Assembly: GCA_944320495.1 (NCBI GenBank)
Contig: CALUHR010000013.1
Span: 416,001-480,000, forward strand
Direction: 5' to 3'
Length of the DNA stretch: 64,000 nucleotides
Source: Candidatus Methanomethylophilaceae archaeon
GTDB taxonomy: Archaea; Thermoplasmatota; Thermoplasmata; Methanomassiliicoccales; Methanomethylophilaceae
Shown here in pieces: positions 10,361-20,800 of this stretch (its first letter is position 1; the number at the start of each line of letters is the position of its first letter). The notes below the pieces were generated by a model. That model ran no database searches, had not been told where the DNA came from, and saw nothing but the letters and a program-made list of their open reading frames with translations. The position numbers were made by a program, and so were the translations under genes.

Positions 10361-11989
10361 ATGGGAATGGGCAACGCACCCGTCATCATCCTCAGGGAAG
10401 GAACCAAGAGAGAGAAGGGCAAAGACGCTCAGTTCAACAACATCGCCGCCGCCATGGCGATCTCCGACGCCGTCAGGTCCAGCCTGGGACCCCGCGGCAT
10501 GGACAAGATGCTCGTCGACTCCGTCGGCGACGTCGTCATCACCAACGACGGTGTGACCATCCTGAAGGAGATGGACGTCCAGCACCCCGCGGCCAAGATG
10601 CTCGTCGAGGTCGCCAAGACCCAGGACGCCGAGGTCGGGGACGGAACCACCACCAGCGTCATCCTCGCCGGTGAGTTCCTGAAGAAGGCCAGGGACCTGA
10701 TCGACGCCAACGTCCACCCCACGATCATCGCCAAGGGATACAGGATGGCCAACGAGAAGGCCCAGGAGGTCCTCAAGGCCAAGTCCATGAAGGTCGCCCT
10801 CGAGGACACCGAGACCCTGAAGCTGATCGCCCAGACCGCCATGATCTCCAAACAGGTCAACTCCTGCAAAGAGGAGTTCTCCGACCTGGTCGTGGACGCG
10901 GTCAGGACCGTCGTCGACAAGGACAAGGACGGCAACTACACCATCGACCTGAAGAACATCCAGACGGTGAAGAAGGAGGGCGCCAGCATGGAGAACTCCT
11001 ACATCGTCAAGGGCCTCATCATCGACAAGGAGCCCGTCCAGACCAGCATGCCCAAGTTCGTCAAGGACGCCAAGATCGCCCTGATCGACGCCGCCTTCGA
11101 GGTCAAGAAGACAGAGATCGACGCCAAGATCCAGATCAGCGACCCCAACATGCTCAGCCAGTTCGTCGCCGAGGAGGAGAACATGCTCAGGGAGATGGTG
11201 GCCAAGGTCAAGGCCTCCGGAGCCAACGTCGTGTTCTGCCAGAAGGGAATCGACGACCTCGCCCAGCACTTCCTCGCCAAGGAGGGCATCTACGCCTGCA
11301 GGCGCGTCAAGAAGTCCGACATGGAGAGGCTCGGAAGGTCCACCGGCGCCAACATCGTCAACAAGATCAGCGAGATCACCGCCGACGACCTCGGATACGC
11401 CGAGACCGTCGAGCTCAAGAAGGTCGAGGACGAGGACATGACCTTCATCACCGGCGTCAAGGAGCCCAAGACCGTGTCCGTGCTCGTCCGCGGAGGAACC
11501 AAGCACGTCGCCGACGAGGTCGAGAGGTCCCTCGTGGACGCCTGGTCCGTCGTCAGGGTCGCCATCGAGGACGGCATGATGGTCACCGGCGGAGGATCCA
11601 CCGCCATGGAGATCGCCATGCAGCTCCGCGACTACGCCGCCTCCGTCGGAGGACGCGAGCAGATCGCCATCGAGGCCTACGCCTCCGCCATGGAGAGCAT
11701 CCCCAGGACCCTGGCCGAGAACGCCGGACTGGACCCGATCGACATCCTCATCGAGATGAGGAAGCAGCACAAGGGCGGCAACATCTACGCCGGTCTCAAT
11801 CCCTACACCGGCAAGGTGGAGGACATGAAGGCCCTGAACGTCATCGAGCCCTACAGGATCGGCAAACAGGCCATCAACTCGGCCACCGACGCCGCCGTCA
11901 TGATCCTCAGGATCGACGACGTCATCGCGTCCAAGGCCAGCCCCATGCCCCAGGTCGGCGAGGGCGGAATGCCCCCCGGAATGGAGTGA
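10361..11989 (+). CDS. ths: thermosome subunit (group II chaperonin)
   Basis: SSLGPRGMDKML, TITNDG-like ITNDGVTIL, GDGTTTSV, GGG motif and a GGMPPGM tail; TTATATA box upstream. Confidence 0.97.
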   Translation: MGMGNAPVIILREGTKREKGKDAQFNNIAAAMAISDAVRSSLGPRGMDKMLVDSVGDVVITNDGVTILKEMDVQHPAAKMLVEVAKTQDAEVGDGTTTSVILAGEFLKKARDLIDANVHPTIIAKGYRMANEKAQEVLKAKSMKVALEDTETLKLIAQTAMISKQVNSCKEEFSDLVVDAVRTVVDKDKDGNYTIDLKNIQTVKKEGASMENSYIVKGLIIDKEPVQTSMPKFVKDAKIALIDAAFEVKKTEIDAKIQISDPNMLSQFVAEEENMLREMVAKVKASGANVVFCQKGIDDLAQHFLAKEGIYACRRVKKSDMERLGRSTGANIVNKISEITADDLGYAETVELKKVEDEDMTFITGVKEPKTVSVLVRGGTKHVADEVERSLVDAWSVVRVAIEDGMMVTGGGSTAMEIAMQLRDYAASVGGREQIAIEAYASAMESIPRTLAENAGLDPIDILIEMRKQHKGGNIYAGLNPYTGKVEDMKALNVIEPYRIGKQAINSATDAAVMILRIDDVIASKASPMPQVGEGGMPPGME

Positions 11990-12069
11990 AAACCGAACAA
12001 ACGATCGAACAAACCGGGGGGCCCAGCCCCCCCATTAACCCGTTGTGAACACACTCAAAGGCGATACCC

Positions 12070-12627
12070 ATGACCGGAAGGAAGGACAAGTCCGAGGAGA
12101 TCCAGGCCGAGGCCGAGGCCCCCAGGGACCTGGAGGCGGAGCTGAGGCAGGCGCAGGAGAAGGCCGACCAGTACCTGGACATGGCCCGTCGCCTGCAGGC
12201 CGACTTCGACAACTACCGCAAGAGGACCCAGCGCGAGAACGAGGAGTACAGGAAGTACGCCTGTTCGTCCATCGTGCAGGACCTGCTCACGGTGGTCGAC
12301 GACCTAGACAGGGCGCTGGCGAACGCCGGCGAGGACACGGTCTTCGTGCAGGGCGTCCGCGGCGTCAGGTCCAACCTGATGAAGGTCCTGGAGGCCAACG
12401 GCCTGAAGGAGGTCCCCGCCGAGGGGAGGTTCGACCCCGACTACCACGAGGCGCTCTGCGCCGTGGACGGGGACGAGGACGGCATGATCGCCGAGGTGTT
12501 CCAGAAGGGCTACACCCTGAACGGGAAGGTAGTGCGTTACGCCAAGGTGAAGGTAACGAGGAAGGCGGAGCCGCAGGCGCCCGAGCAGGCGCCGGAGGCC
12601 CCGGAAGTAGAGGATCGCAAGGAGTGA
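12070..12627 (+). CDS. grpE: nucleotide exchange factor GrpE
   Basis: [21 protein letters not shown] and [17 protein letters not shown] motifs; lies upstream of dnaK. Confidence 0.95.
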   Translation: MTGRKDKSEEIQAEAEAPRDLEAELRQAQEKADQYLDMARRLQADFDNYRKRTQRENEEYRKYACSSIVQDLLTVVDDLDRALANAGEDTVFVQGVRGVRSNLMKVLEANGLKEVPAEGRFDPDYHEALCAVDGDEDGMIAEVFQKGYTLNGKVVRYAKVKVTRKAEPQAPEQAPEAPEVEDRKE

Positions 12628-12632
12628 TTGAA

Positions 12633-14507
12633 ATGTCAAGGATAATCGGAATAGATCTCGGAACAAGCAACTCCGCCGCCTCCGTCATGGAGGGCGGCAG
12701 GCCGACAATGATCCCCAGCGCCGAGGGTACCAGCGTGGGAGGGAAATCGTTCCCCTCGTACGTCGCGTTCACCAAGGACGGACAGCTCCTGGTCGGAGAG
12801 CCCGCCAGGAGGCAGGCCGTCACCAACCCGGACGGGACCATCAAGAACGTCAAGAGGAAGATGGGGTCCAGCGAGAAGGTGACCGCTCTCGGGAAAGAGT
12901 ACACCCCTCAGCAGATCTCCGCCTTCATCCTGCAGAAGATCAAGAAGGACGCCGAGTCCTACCTCGGCGAGACGATCGACAAGGCCGTCATCACCGTTCC
13001 CGCCTACTTCAACGACAACCAGAGGCAGGCCACCAAGGACGCCGGTGCCATCGCCGGCCTCGACGTCGTCCGTATCATCAACGAGCCGACCGCGGCCGCC
13101 CTGGCCTACGGTCTCGACAAATCCGATGTGGAGCAGAAGATCATGGTCTTCGACCTCGGAGGCGGGACCCTCGATGTCACCATCATGGACTTCAGCGACG
13201 GCGTGTTCGAGGTGCTGTCCACCTCAGGGGACACCCAGCTGGGAGGGTCCGACATGGACGAGGCCCTCACCAGGTACGTCATCGGAGAGTTCCAGAAGGA
13301 GACCGGGATCGATCTCGCGAAGGACAACATGGCGTTCTGGAGGGTGCGCGAGGCCTGCGAGAAGGCCAAGATCGAGCTGTCCACCACGATGCAGACCGAG
13401 ATCAACCTCCCGTTCATCGCATCCGACGCGTCCGGCCCGAAGCACCTGATCCAGACCATCACCCGCGCCAAGCTGGAGGAGCTCGTGGAGCCCATCGTCA
13501 GCCGCTGCAAGGGGCCGATGGAGCAGGCCATGAGCGATGCCAAGCTCTCCTCCGACAGGATCGACAAGATCATCATGGTCGGCGGACCCACAAGGATGCC
13601 CATCGTCCAGAACTTCGTCGAGTCCGTGGTCGGACCCAAGATCCAGCGCGGCATCGACCCCATGGAGTGCGTGTCCATGGGAGCCGCCATCCAGGGAGCC
13701 GTCCTGTCCGGAGAGGTCAAGGACGTCCTGCTCCTGGACGTCACCCCCCTGAGCCTCGGCATCGAGACCCTCGGAGGCGTCGCCACCAAGCTGATCGACA
13801 GGAACACCACCATCCCGACCAAGAAGTCGCAGGTGTTCTCCACCGCCGTGGACAACCAGCCCTCCGTCGAGATCAACGTCGTGCAGGGAGAGAGGCCCAT
13901 GGCCGCCGACAACACATCCCTCGGCAGGTTCGTGCTCGACGGCATACCGCCCGCACCCCGCGGCATCCCTCAGATCGAGGTCACATTCGACATCGATGCG
14001 AACGGCATCATCAACGTCTCCGCCAAGGACAAGGGCACCGGGAAGGAGCAGAAGATCACCATCGCGTCCTCCAACAAGCTCAGCAAGGAGGAGATCGACG
14101 AGCTGGTCAAGCAGGCCGAGAAGTTCGCCGACGCGGACAAGAGGAAGATGGAGCTCGTCGACATGCACAACCAGGCCGAGACCTCCATCTACAGCGTCCG
14201 CAAGTCCCTGGACGAGCTGGGCGACAAGGTCACCCAGCAGGAGCGCATGACCATCGACCAGGCCATCTCCGACCTGGAGGCGGCCAACAAGGGCGACAAC
14301 GTGGACGAGATCAAGTCCAAGATGGACGCCCTGATGAAGGCCATGGCGCCGATCAGCCAGAGGATCTACCAGGACGCGCAGCAGCAGGCCGGGGCCCAGC
14401 AGGGAGCCCAGCAGGGTGCGCAGTCCGGAGCCGGGCAGCAGTCGCAGGAGAAGAAGTCCGACGACGGCTACGTCGATGCGGACTACAAGATCGTCGACGA
14501 CGAGTGA
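12633..14507 (+). CDS. dnaK: Hsp70 chaperone DnaK (624 aa)
   Basis: [35 protein letters not shown] and DLGGGTLD motifs. The true start is ATG 12633; the ORF-track N-terminal extension is an alternate frame of grpE. Confidence 0.98.
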   Translation: MSRIIGIDLGTSNSAASVMEGGRPTMIPSAEGTSVGGKSFPSYVAFTKDGQLLVGEPARRQAVTNPDGTIKNVKRKMGSSEKVTALGKEYTPQQISAFILQKIKKDAESYLGETIDKAVITVPAYFNDNQRQATKDAGAIAGLDVVRIINEPTAAALAYGLDKSDVEQKIMVFDLGGGTLDVTIMDFSDGVFEVLSTSGDTQLGGSDMDEALTRYVIGEFQKETGIDLAKDNMAFWRVREACEKAKIELSTTMQTEINLPFIASDASGPKHLIQTITRAKLEELVEPIVSRCKGPMEQAMSDAKLSSDRIDKIIMVGGPTRMPIVQNFVESVVGPKIQRGIDPMECVSMGAAIQGAVLSGEVKDVLLLDVTPLSLGIETLGGVATKLIDRNTTIPTKKSQVFSTAVDNQPSVEINVVQGERPMAADNTSLGRFVLDGIPPAPRGIPQIEVTFDIDANGIINVSAKDKGTGKEQKITIASSNKLSKEEIDELVKQAEKFADADKRKMELVDMHNQAETSIYSVRKSLDELGDKVTQQERMTIDQAISDLEAANKGDNVDEIKSKMDALMKAMAPISQRIYQDAQQQAGAQQGAQQGAQSGAGQQSQEKKSDDGYVDADYKIVDDE

Positions 14508-14521
14508 GGGGGCCGAGCGGT

Positions 14522-15685
14522 ATGCCGAGGGACTACTACGAGGTGCTTGGGGTCGCCAAGGACTCCTCGCCGGACGAGATCAAGAAGGCGTACCGCACAC
14601 TCGCCAAGAAGTACCACCCGGACGTGTCCACCGAGCCTAAGGAGGTCGCCGAGGCCAAGTTCAAGGAGATCTCCGAGGCGTACGAGGTGCTGTCCGATCC
14701 CGAGAAGAGGAAGCTCTACGACCAGTACGGGCACGAGGGGGTCAAGAACTCCTTCGGCCAGGACGGGTTCACGTGGGACGACTTCACCAGAGCGGACGAC
14801 ATCTCGGACATATTCGGGGACATCTTCGGCAGCATGTTCGGTGGCGGGTTCGGGGGCCGCGGATCGCGGCGCTCCCGCAACGCGCCCCAGCAGGGCGACT
14901 CCCTCAGGTACGACCTGGAGGTCACCCTGGAGGACGTGCTCAACGGCAAGAAGGTCAACATCGACGTTCCCCACTCGATCGTCTGCGACGAGTGCAAAGG
15001 CACCGGTGGCAAGGGCGGCAAGGTCACCACCTGCAAGACCTGCGGAGGGCAGGGCCAGGTCCAGAAGGTCATGAGGGGCCCGTTCGGCAACATGGTCTCC
15101 ATCTCCGACTGCCCCGACTGCAGGGGTCGCGGCACCACCTTCGAGGAGCGCTGCCCCAACTGCCGCGGGACCGGCCGCATCACGAAGGAGGCCAAGATCT
15201 CCCTCAACATCCCCAAGGGCGTCGACGACGGCGTCAGGCTGAGGGTCACCGGGGAGGGCAACGCCGGATACAACGGCGGGCCCGCAGGCGACCTCTTCGT
15301 GATAATCCACGTGAAGGAGGACAGGGTCTTCGACCGCGACGGCCCGAACCTCTGGACCGGCGTGACCGTCTCTTACCCCAAGCTCGTGCTCGGCGGCGAG
15401 GAGAAGGTGAAGACCCTGGAGGGCGAGACCGTCGCCCTGAAGATCCCCGCCGGGACCGACGTGGGCACCGTGCTCCGCATACCCGGCAAGGGCCTGCCGA
15501 GGATGAACTCCTCGTCCAGGGGCGACCTGCTGGTCCGCGTGGCCGTGGACATACCCAAGAGGGTCACCGCCGAGCAGAGGGAGCTCCTCACCAAGCTGGA
15601 CTCCTCCGCCGGCTCCAAGGCCAGGAAGGGCAAGTCCAAGCTCAGGGATAAGATCCAGGACACGATCGAAGACCTTACGAACTGA
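14522..15685 (+). CDS. dnaJ: chaperone DnaJ (387 aa)
   Basis: J-domain with HPD, G/F-rich region and four CxxCxGxG repeats. Confidence 0.98.
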   Translation: MPRDYYEVLGVAKDSSPDEIKKAYRTLAKKYHPDVSTEPKEVAEAKFKEISEAYEVLSDPEKRKLYDQYGHEGVKNSFGQDGFTWDDFTRADDISDIFGDIFGSMFGGGFGGRGSRRSRNAPQQGDSLRYDLEVTLEDVLNGKKVNIDVPHSIVCDECKGTGGKGGKVTTCKTCGGQGQVQKVMRGPFGNMVSISDCPDCRGRGTTFEERCPNCRGTGRITKEAKISLNIPKGVDDGVRLRVTGEGNAGYNGGPAGDLFVIIHVKEDRVFDRDGPNLWTGVTVSYPKLVLGGEEKVKTLEGETVALKIPAGTDVGTVLRIPGKGLPRMNSSSRGDLLVRVAVDIPKRVTAEQRELLTKLDSSAGSKARKGKSKLRDKIQDTIEDLTN

Positions 15686-15689
15686 AACC

Positions 15690-15710
15690 GACGGGGGCTA
15701 CGCCCCCGTC
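15690..15710 (+). terminator. hairpin after dnaJ
   Basis: gacgggggc-tac-gcccccgtc, 9-bp stem 4 nt after the stop. Confidence 0.55.
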
Positions 15711-16036
15711 ATCTCCTCCGTACGCGGTCGCGGACGGACATTCTATCGGATACGGATCAGCGCCCGACCGCATGCGCACGTCTCCCATCCCAGTCGGACA
15801 ATCCAGATCGCAGCTGCAAGTCCGGAGCGGGCTCCCCGATCAGATGAGAGGGCCCCGGACCACTGGGCCTTCACATCGGAGCAGGAGGTGTACCACCTCC
15901 GCCTCGAGGACAGTGTCAGGTCGGGGACGGCAGGCTCTCAGAGGATCACGGGGGACCCGTCGAAGAGTGTTCGACGGGTCGTGAGAAGCATCGCCGGGCG
16001 GGGGAACCCTCCCGGCGCGGCCGGCATCGCCGGCCT

Positions 16037-16534
16037 TCACTGGTAGACCTTGTGTCCCGGCTCGGCGGAGTGGTACTTGCCGGTCCTGGACTCGGGCACA
16101 ATCTCGAAGATCCCGGTGGGCGGGACCCTCTTCGCGTCGATCTCGTCCATCCTCCTCTCGGGGGTCAGCTTGTCGACGGTGGCCCTGAGGATCCTCATCT
16201 TCTCCGCATCATCCTCGATCGTCCTCACCTTTCCGCGGATGATGACGCACTCGTAGAGCGACGTGGTGTTGCAGGCGCCGTCGTCACACCTCTCGAATCC
16301 CTGTTCCTCCACGACGGTGAAGCAGCATCTGGGGTCCCTTCTGAGGTTGGAGACCTTCTCGCCGATCTTCCTCCCGTGGAAGAAGATCCTCCCGTCCAGG
16401 ACCACGAAGTTCACAGGGGTACCGTAGGGGTACCCGTCCTCCCCGATGGTGGAGATCACGCCGTAGCGTGACCTCTCCATGAGGGCGTCCATCTGCTCGT
16501 CCGTGAGCTGGTACTTCTGCATGTTGGGCTGCAT
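16037..16534 (-). CDS. pyridoxamine 5'-phosphate oxidase-like flavin-binding protein (NimA-like)
   Basis: GVISTIGEDGYPYGTPVNFV, FFHGRKIGEK and YECVIIRG split-barrel motifs; start chosen at MQPNMQ. Confidence 0.88.
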   Translation of the reverse strand: MQPNMQKYQLTDEQMDALMERSRYGVISTIGEDGYPYGTPVNFVVLDGRIFFHGRKIGEKVSNLRRDPRCCFTVVEEQGFERCDDGACNTTSLYECVIIRGKVRTIEDDAEKMRILRATVDKLTPERRMDEIDAKRVPPTGIFEIVPESRTGKYHSAEPGHKVYQ

Positions 16535-16661
16535 GGGATTAACATGCGCATGCCGCCTATAAGGCATGCGTGTTGTAAGGACAACACATCCTTCATACGG
16601 TTGCCGTGAAGTCCAGGAACGCGTATATCCGTCCCCGTGGATGACATCCATAGGATTTACC

Positions 16662-17273
16662 ATGGACATCATCTCGTTCGTATCTGTGGCGCTCTCGATA
16701 TTCCTGGTGATGAACCCGTTCTCCAGCATTCCTACGTTCCTGTCGATCACGGACGGGGTGGACCACGATACGCTGAGGAGCTATGCCAACCGCGCGGTAG
16801 TCGTGGCCGGGGTCCTCCTGTTCGCGTTCATATTCATCGGGGAGCCGCTGATGTCCCTGTTCGGTGTCACCATGGAGAGCTTCAGGGTGGCCGGAGGTGT
16901 GATCCTCGTGCTGATGGGGGCGGAGCTGGTGTTCGGCCTCCATCTCGGGAAGATGGACGACAAGAAGGATGCGCCGTGGATCATAGTGGCCACGCCGATC
17001 ATGACGGGCCCCGGAGTCATAACAGCCGCGATCCTGTTCACCCAGGAGTACGGCTACATGGAGGTCGTGCTGGCGGGTCTGCTCGCCCTGCTGGCCACAT
17101 GGGCCCTGCTGAGGCTGTCCCCTTCGATCGTTCGTCTCGTGGGTGAGAACGCCCTGAGCATCACGTCGAAGATCGTCGGACTCCTGCTGGCCGCGCTGGG
17201 GGTGGAGTACATGTTCCAGGGAGCCAACGAATGGGCCTCCATGTACTGGGGCGTCACATCCATGCTGGTGTGA
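16662..17273 (+). CDS. marC: MarC family membrane protein
   Basis: VMNPFSSIPTF, FRVAGG, ATPIMTGPGVIT and KIVGLLLAALGVE motifs. Confidence 0.9.
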   Translation: MDIISFVSVALSIFLVMNPFSSIPTFLSITDGVDHDTLRSYANRAVVVAGVLLFAFIFIGEPLMSLFGVTMESFRVAGGVILVLMGAELVFGLHLGKMDDKKDAPWIIVATPIMTGPGVITAAILFTQEYGYMEVVLAGLLALLATWALLRLSPSIVRLVGENALSITSKIVGLLLAALGVEYMFQGANEWASMYWGVTSMLV

Positions 17274-18228
17274 CGGACGGGATGCATCCGGAGATCTCCA
17301 GATAGAGGGACTCCGTGGACCTCTCGTCCGCGAGGTTGAACACGGTGACGCCTCCGGAATGGTGCACCACTATGCACGTGCCCACATCCCTGTGAACCGC
17401 GAGATGGTACCTTCCGAACTCGTCGTTCTCGAAGTTCCCCGAGAGATACTTCGAGTTGCCCAGTCCGCCCACGCGGGAGCCGTAGTCCATGTCCTCCCTC
17501 AGTTCGACGGATGTGATGGAATCGTAGGGGATGTCCTCGTGGAGCATGGTGGCGTCGATCGAGACGGAGTCGTCGTCCGCAGAGACGTCCACATGGCCGG
17601 CGGTCATGGAGACCGCCAATATGATGACGGTCGCGATGACGGCTATCCCGACGACGATGGCGGTCATCCTCTTGTGCGAGCGGTGGGATCTCTCGGCCGC
17701 CTCCCTGCGGGACGGGTCGACCTCCAGTGACCCCGCCTCCGAGGCCACCTTGACGCTCTGGTACGCGGACAGCGTGGTGGCCTCGTCCACGAGGTTGAAC
17801 GCCGCGTAGCGTTCCCTGCCCTTGAAGGAGTAACGGACGACGACCATGTTCCTGATGCGTGTGTCGCCGGCCAGGGTGTATCCGCCCAGGGTCTTGTTGG
17901 AGAAGTCCCCCGATCCGCGCTTCAGACCCCCGTAGCCCATGACGCGCAGGCCGACATCGAAGTCCTGGACGCAGTCCACCGCCGTGATCGACCGATACGG
18001 GATGTCCAGGTTGGCCATTGGGGCGCGTATCTCGATGCGGTCCTCGGTCAGTCTGACCCAATCGCCCTTGAGTGTCAGGAACGGCACGAACGTGATGACG
18101 AGTCCTACTACCAGCACGATCCAGAACCAGAGCATGGGGAGCCCGACGGCCACGGCCAGGATGACGTCGATGAACACCAACGCCATTCCTGCCGCTATCC
18201 CGGCCCAGATCTTCACGCCGTCCTTCAT
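17254..18228 (-). CDS. membrane protein with two bacterial PH-like domains
   Basis: Two TM helices, a beta-rich domain (IPYRSITAV...GSGDFSNKTLGGY), one TM helix and a second similar domain (IPYDSITSV...SGNFENDEFGRY). Confidence 0.7.
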   Translation of the reverse strand: MKDGVKIWAGIAAGMALVFIDVILAVAVGLPMLWFWIVLVVGLVITFVPFLTLKGDWVRLTEDRIEIRAPMANLDIPYRSITAVDCVQDFDVGLRVMGYGGLKRGSGDFSNKTLGGYTLAGDTRIRNMVVVRYSFKGRERYAAFNLVDEATTLSAYQSVKVASEAGSLEVDPSRREAAERSHRSHKRMTAIVVGIAVIATVIILAVSMTAGHVDVSADDDSVSIDATMLHEDIPYDSITSVELREDMDYGSRVGGLGNSKYLSGNFENDEFGRYHLAVHRDVGTCIVVHHSGGVTVFNLADERSTESLYLEISGCIPSVTPAWM

Positions 18229-18337
18229 GTCCCGGAATCGGCACCTGGTATTAAGAGGGGGGGGGGGGTGCTACAATCCGGATGGTAATCCCGATGCTGT
18301 CTGGAGGGGAGCTCAACAGAGGTGTGATGTGGAGAAA

Positions 18338-18422
18338 TGGCGCCGAGGGAGAGATTCGAACTCCCGAGGGTTACCCCAGCGGTTTTCGAGACCGCCGCCA
18401 TACCGGGCTTGGCTACCTCGGC
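18338..18422 (-). tRNA. tRNA-Ser (anticodon CGA), CCA encoded
   Basis: GCCGAGG acceptor stem, GCGGT-CTCGAAA-ACCGC anticodon arm, long variable arm, GTTCGAATC T-loop, 3' CCA. Confidence 0.96.
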
Positions 18423-18536
18423 CTAGGCGTCCCGACACGATTTCGATATAAATCGTTTTTCGATGCCGGGGGCTGTCGTCCAGCATCGACCCCCGTATAT
18501 ACCCGACAGGCGGATGTCATCGTCGAGGTTTCTATC

Positions 18537-19250
18537 ATGGAATCCGCTTCCATCAGCAAATACGTCGCCGAGCTCATCGGGACCATGGTCCTGACGCTGG
18601 TCGGCTGCGGCGTGGCGGTCGTCGTCGGTTGTGATACGTCCGGCGGTGTCGTCGCGACCGCCCTGGCGTTCGGTCTCTCGGTCGTCGCCATGGCATACTG
18701 CATCGGACGCGTGTCCGGATGTCACATCAACCCCGCGATCACCGTCGGCATGTACCTCGACAAGAGGATGGACGCCAAGGACGCGGTCGGATACATCGTG
18801 TTCCAGTTCATCGGGGCCATCATCGGAGCCGCCATCCTGTGGTTCGTGCTCAGCCAGACCGGGGACGGAGTCACCGGGCTAGGCACAAACGGATACGGCG
18901 TGGCCGTCGACAGCGGCATCTCGCTCGCCGGAGCGCTGGTCGTCGAGGTCGTCATGACATTCATCTTCGTCCTGGCCGCCCTCGGGGTCACCTCCACCAA
19001 GGCGACCTCCGCCCAGGCCGGACTCGTCATCGGTCTGACCCTCGTGCTCGTCCACCTGATGGCCATCGGTCTGACCGGAACATCCGTCAACCCCGCCAGG
19101 TCCTTCGGACCCGCCCTCATGATGCTCGCCGAAGGTTCCACCCTCGCCATCGAGCAGGTCTGGGTCTTCATCGTCGCACCGGTCATCGGAGCGATCATCG
19201 CCGCCCTCGTCTGGAAGGTGCTCAAGCCCGCCGACGAGGAGGAGGCCTGA
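18537..19250 (+). CDS. aqpZ: aquaporin (MIP family)
   Basis: SGCHINPA and GTSVNPARSFGPA motifs, 6 TM helices. Confidence 0.93.
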   Translation: MESASISKYVAELIGTMVLTLVGCGVAVVVGCDTSGGVVATALAFGLSVVAMAYCIGRVSGCHINPAITVGMYLDKRMDAKDAVGYIVFQFIGAIIGAAILWFVLSQTGDGVTGLGTNGYGVAVDSGISLAGALVVEVVMTFIFVLAALGVTSTKATSAQAGLVIGLTLVLVHLMAIGLTGTSVNPARSFGPALMMLAEGSTLAIEQVWVFIVAPVIGAIIAALVWKVLKPADEEEA

Positions 19251-19477
19251 AACCTCTCTCCCCGGGGACCCCTGCTCCGGCCGGGCCCCGAATTCAATGT
19301 TCCAGACTCTGCGGATGTGTCCAGGATTGTTGTGCGATCACACGACCTGCATGGGTTCCCAGGGTCGATTATTCACTAGATGCATGATGGGGTGGTGCCG
19401 ATCGGAACACCATCCAGACGCATCGGCGTTCTGGCCCCATCGCCAACAGTTTAACCGTGCGCGCGCATGCGCCCCCC

Positions 19478-20800
19478 ATGAACGACGTGATTGCGGAGGT
19501 CAAGGCCGCCAAGACGGCCTCCGTGGCGCTCTCGGCGATCGGCACCGATGTCAAGGACTCCGCCCTGGAGGCGATGGCTAACGCTCTGGACTCCCACAGG
19601 GAGGAGATCCTGGAGGCCAACGCCGTCGACATGCGCAACGGGCAGGAACTGGTCGACTCCGGCGCCATCTCTAGGTCGATGTACAAGAGGCTCGCGATAG
19701 ACGGCCCCAAGATCGACGGGATGATCGCAGGCATCCGCGACGTCATGAGGCTCAGGGACCCGGTGGGGGAGGTCATGTCCGCCCTCGACCTGGACGACGG
19801 TCTCACCCTGTACCAGATTCGCTGTCCCATAGGGATGCTCGGCGTGATATTCGAGTCCCGTCCGGACGTCGTCCCGCAGATAATGTCGCTCTGCTTGAAG
19901 TCGGGCAACGCGGTGGCCTTCAAGGGCGGCCGCGAGGCGACCGAGTCCATCCGCACGCTCTTCAACATCCTGCGCGACGCGGCGGCCTCCGCAGGCATAC
20001 CCGGGGAGGCGTTCGTGCTCATGGAGTCCAGGGAGGACATCAACAGCATCCTCGGCCTCCACGACTACATCGACCTCCTGATCCCCCGCGGGTCCAACGA
20101 GTTCGTCAGGTACATTCAGTCCAACACCAGGATACCGGTGCTCGGCCACGCCGCGGGGATCTGCCACCTATATGTAGACCCGTCCGCCGATTTGGACATG
20201 GCGTGCGACGTGGTCCTCGATTCGAAGACCCAGTACCCCGCCGTTTGCAACGCGCTGGAGACGCTGCTCGTCGACGCTTCCGTCGCGGAGGCCTTCCTGC
20301 CGAGGATGGCGGAGCTGTTCAGGTCCAAGGGCGTGGAGGTCCGCGGGGACAACCGCACCCGTGCGATCATCGACGCGATCCCGGCGACGAGTGAGGACTG
20401 GGACACCGAGTACGGCGACCTCATTATCTCCATTCACATCGTCGATTCGATGGAGGATGCGATGTCCTTCATCAACTCCCACGGCTCCCATCACACCGAC
20501 GCCATCGTAACATCAGACATGTCCCGCGCCGCTAGGTTCGTCGCCGGCGTAGACTCCGCCGACGTGTTCGTCAACGCCTCCACCCGCTTCGCCGACGGAT
20601 ACCGCTACGGCAAGGGCGCGGAGGTCGGCATCAGCACCAACAAGATCCACGCCCGCGGGCCGGTCGGCATGGAGGGCCTGATGATCTACAAGTACGTCCT
20701 CGTCGGCCACGGCCAGGTCGTCAGGGACTACGTCGGTCCCGACGCGAAGCCCTTCACCCACGTCCCCTCATCCGATCCCTATCCATTCGGGGGCGAGTGA
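19478..20800 (+). CDS. proA: gamma-glutamyl phosphate reductase
   Basis: PIGMLGVIFESRP, CLKSGNA, LLIPRGS, VCNALET, NASTRFADG and GISTNKIHARGPVG motifs. Confidence 0.96.
   Translation: MNDVIAEVKAAKTASVALSAIGTDVKDSALEAMANALDSHREEILEANAVDMRNGQELVDSGAISRSMYKRLAIDGPKIDGMIAGIRDVMRLRDPVGEVMSALDLDDGLTLYQIRCPIGMLGVIFESRPDVVPQIMSLCLKSGNAVAFKGGREATESIRTLFNILRDAAASAGIPGEAFVLMESREDINSILGLHDYIDLLIPRGSNEFVRYIQSNTRIPVLGHAAGICHLYVDPSADLDMACDVVLDSKTQYPAVCNALETLLVDASVAEAFLPRMAELFRSKGVEVRGDNRTRAIIDAIPATSEDWDTEYGDLIISIHIVDSMEDAMSFINSHGSHHTDAIVTSDMSRAARFVAGVDSADVFVNASTRFADGYRYGKGAEVGISTNKIHARGPVGMEGLMIYKYVLVGHGQVVRDYVGPDAKPFTHVPSSDPYPFGGE

Noticed and set aside
12045-12632. 820-aa DnaK with a 196-aa N-terminal extension
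   Set aside because: The extension is an alternate frame of grpE; the real DnaK starts at ATG 12633.
14380-14445. Short CAG/GCCCAGCAGGG repeats in the dnaK 3' end
   Set aside because: They encode the ordinary low-complexity Q/G/A tail of Hsp70 and are not a CRISPR or mobile repeat.
15840-16040. TPP, glycine, FMN or SRP RNA-like motifs, and the 66-70 aa ORFs in this spacer
   Set aside because: Only fragments match (CTGAGA...ACCTGA; CAGGTCGG without the AGCA loop partner). The ORFs lack homology-like features and are cut by CGA.
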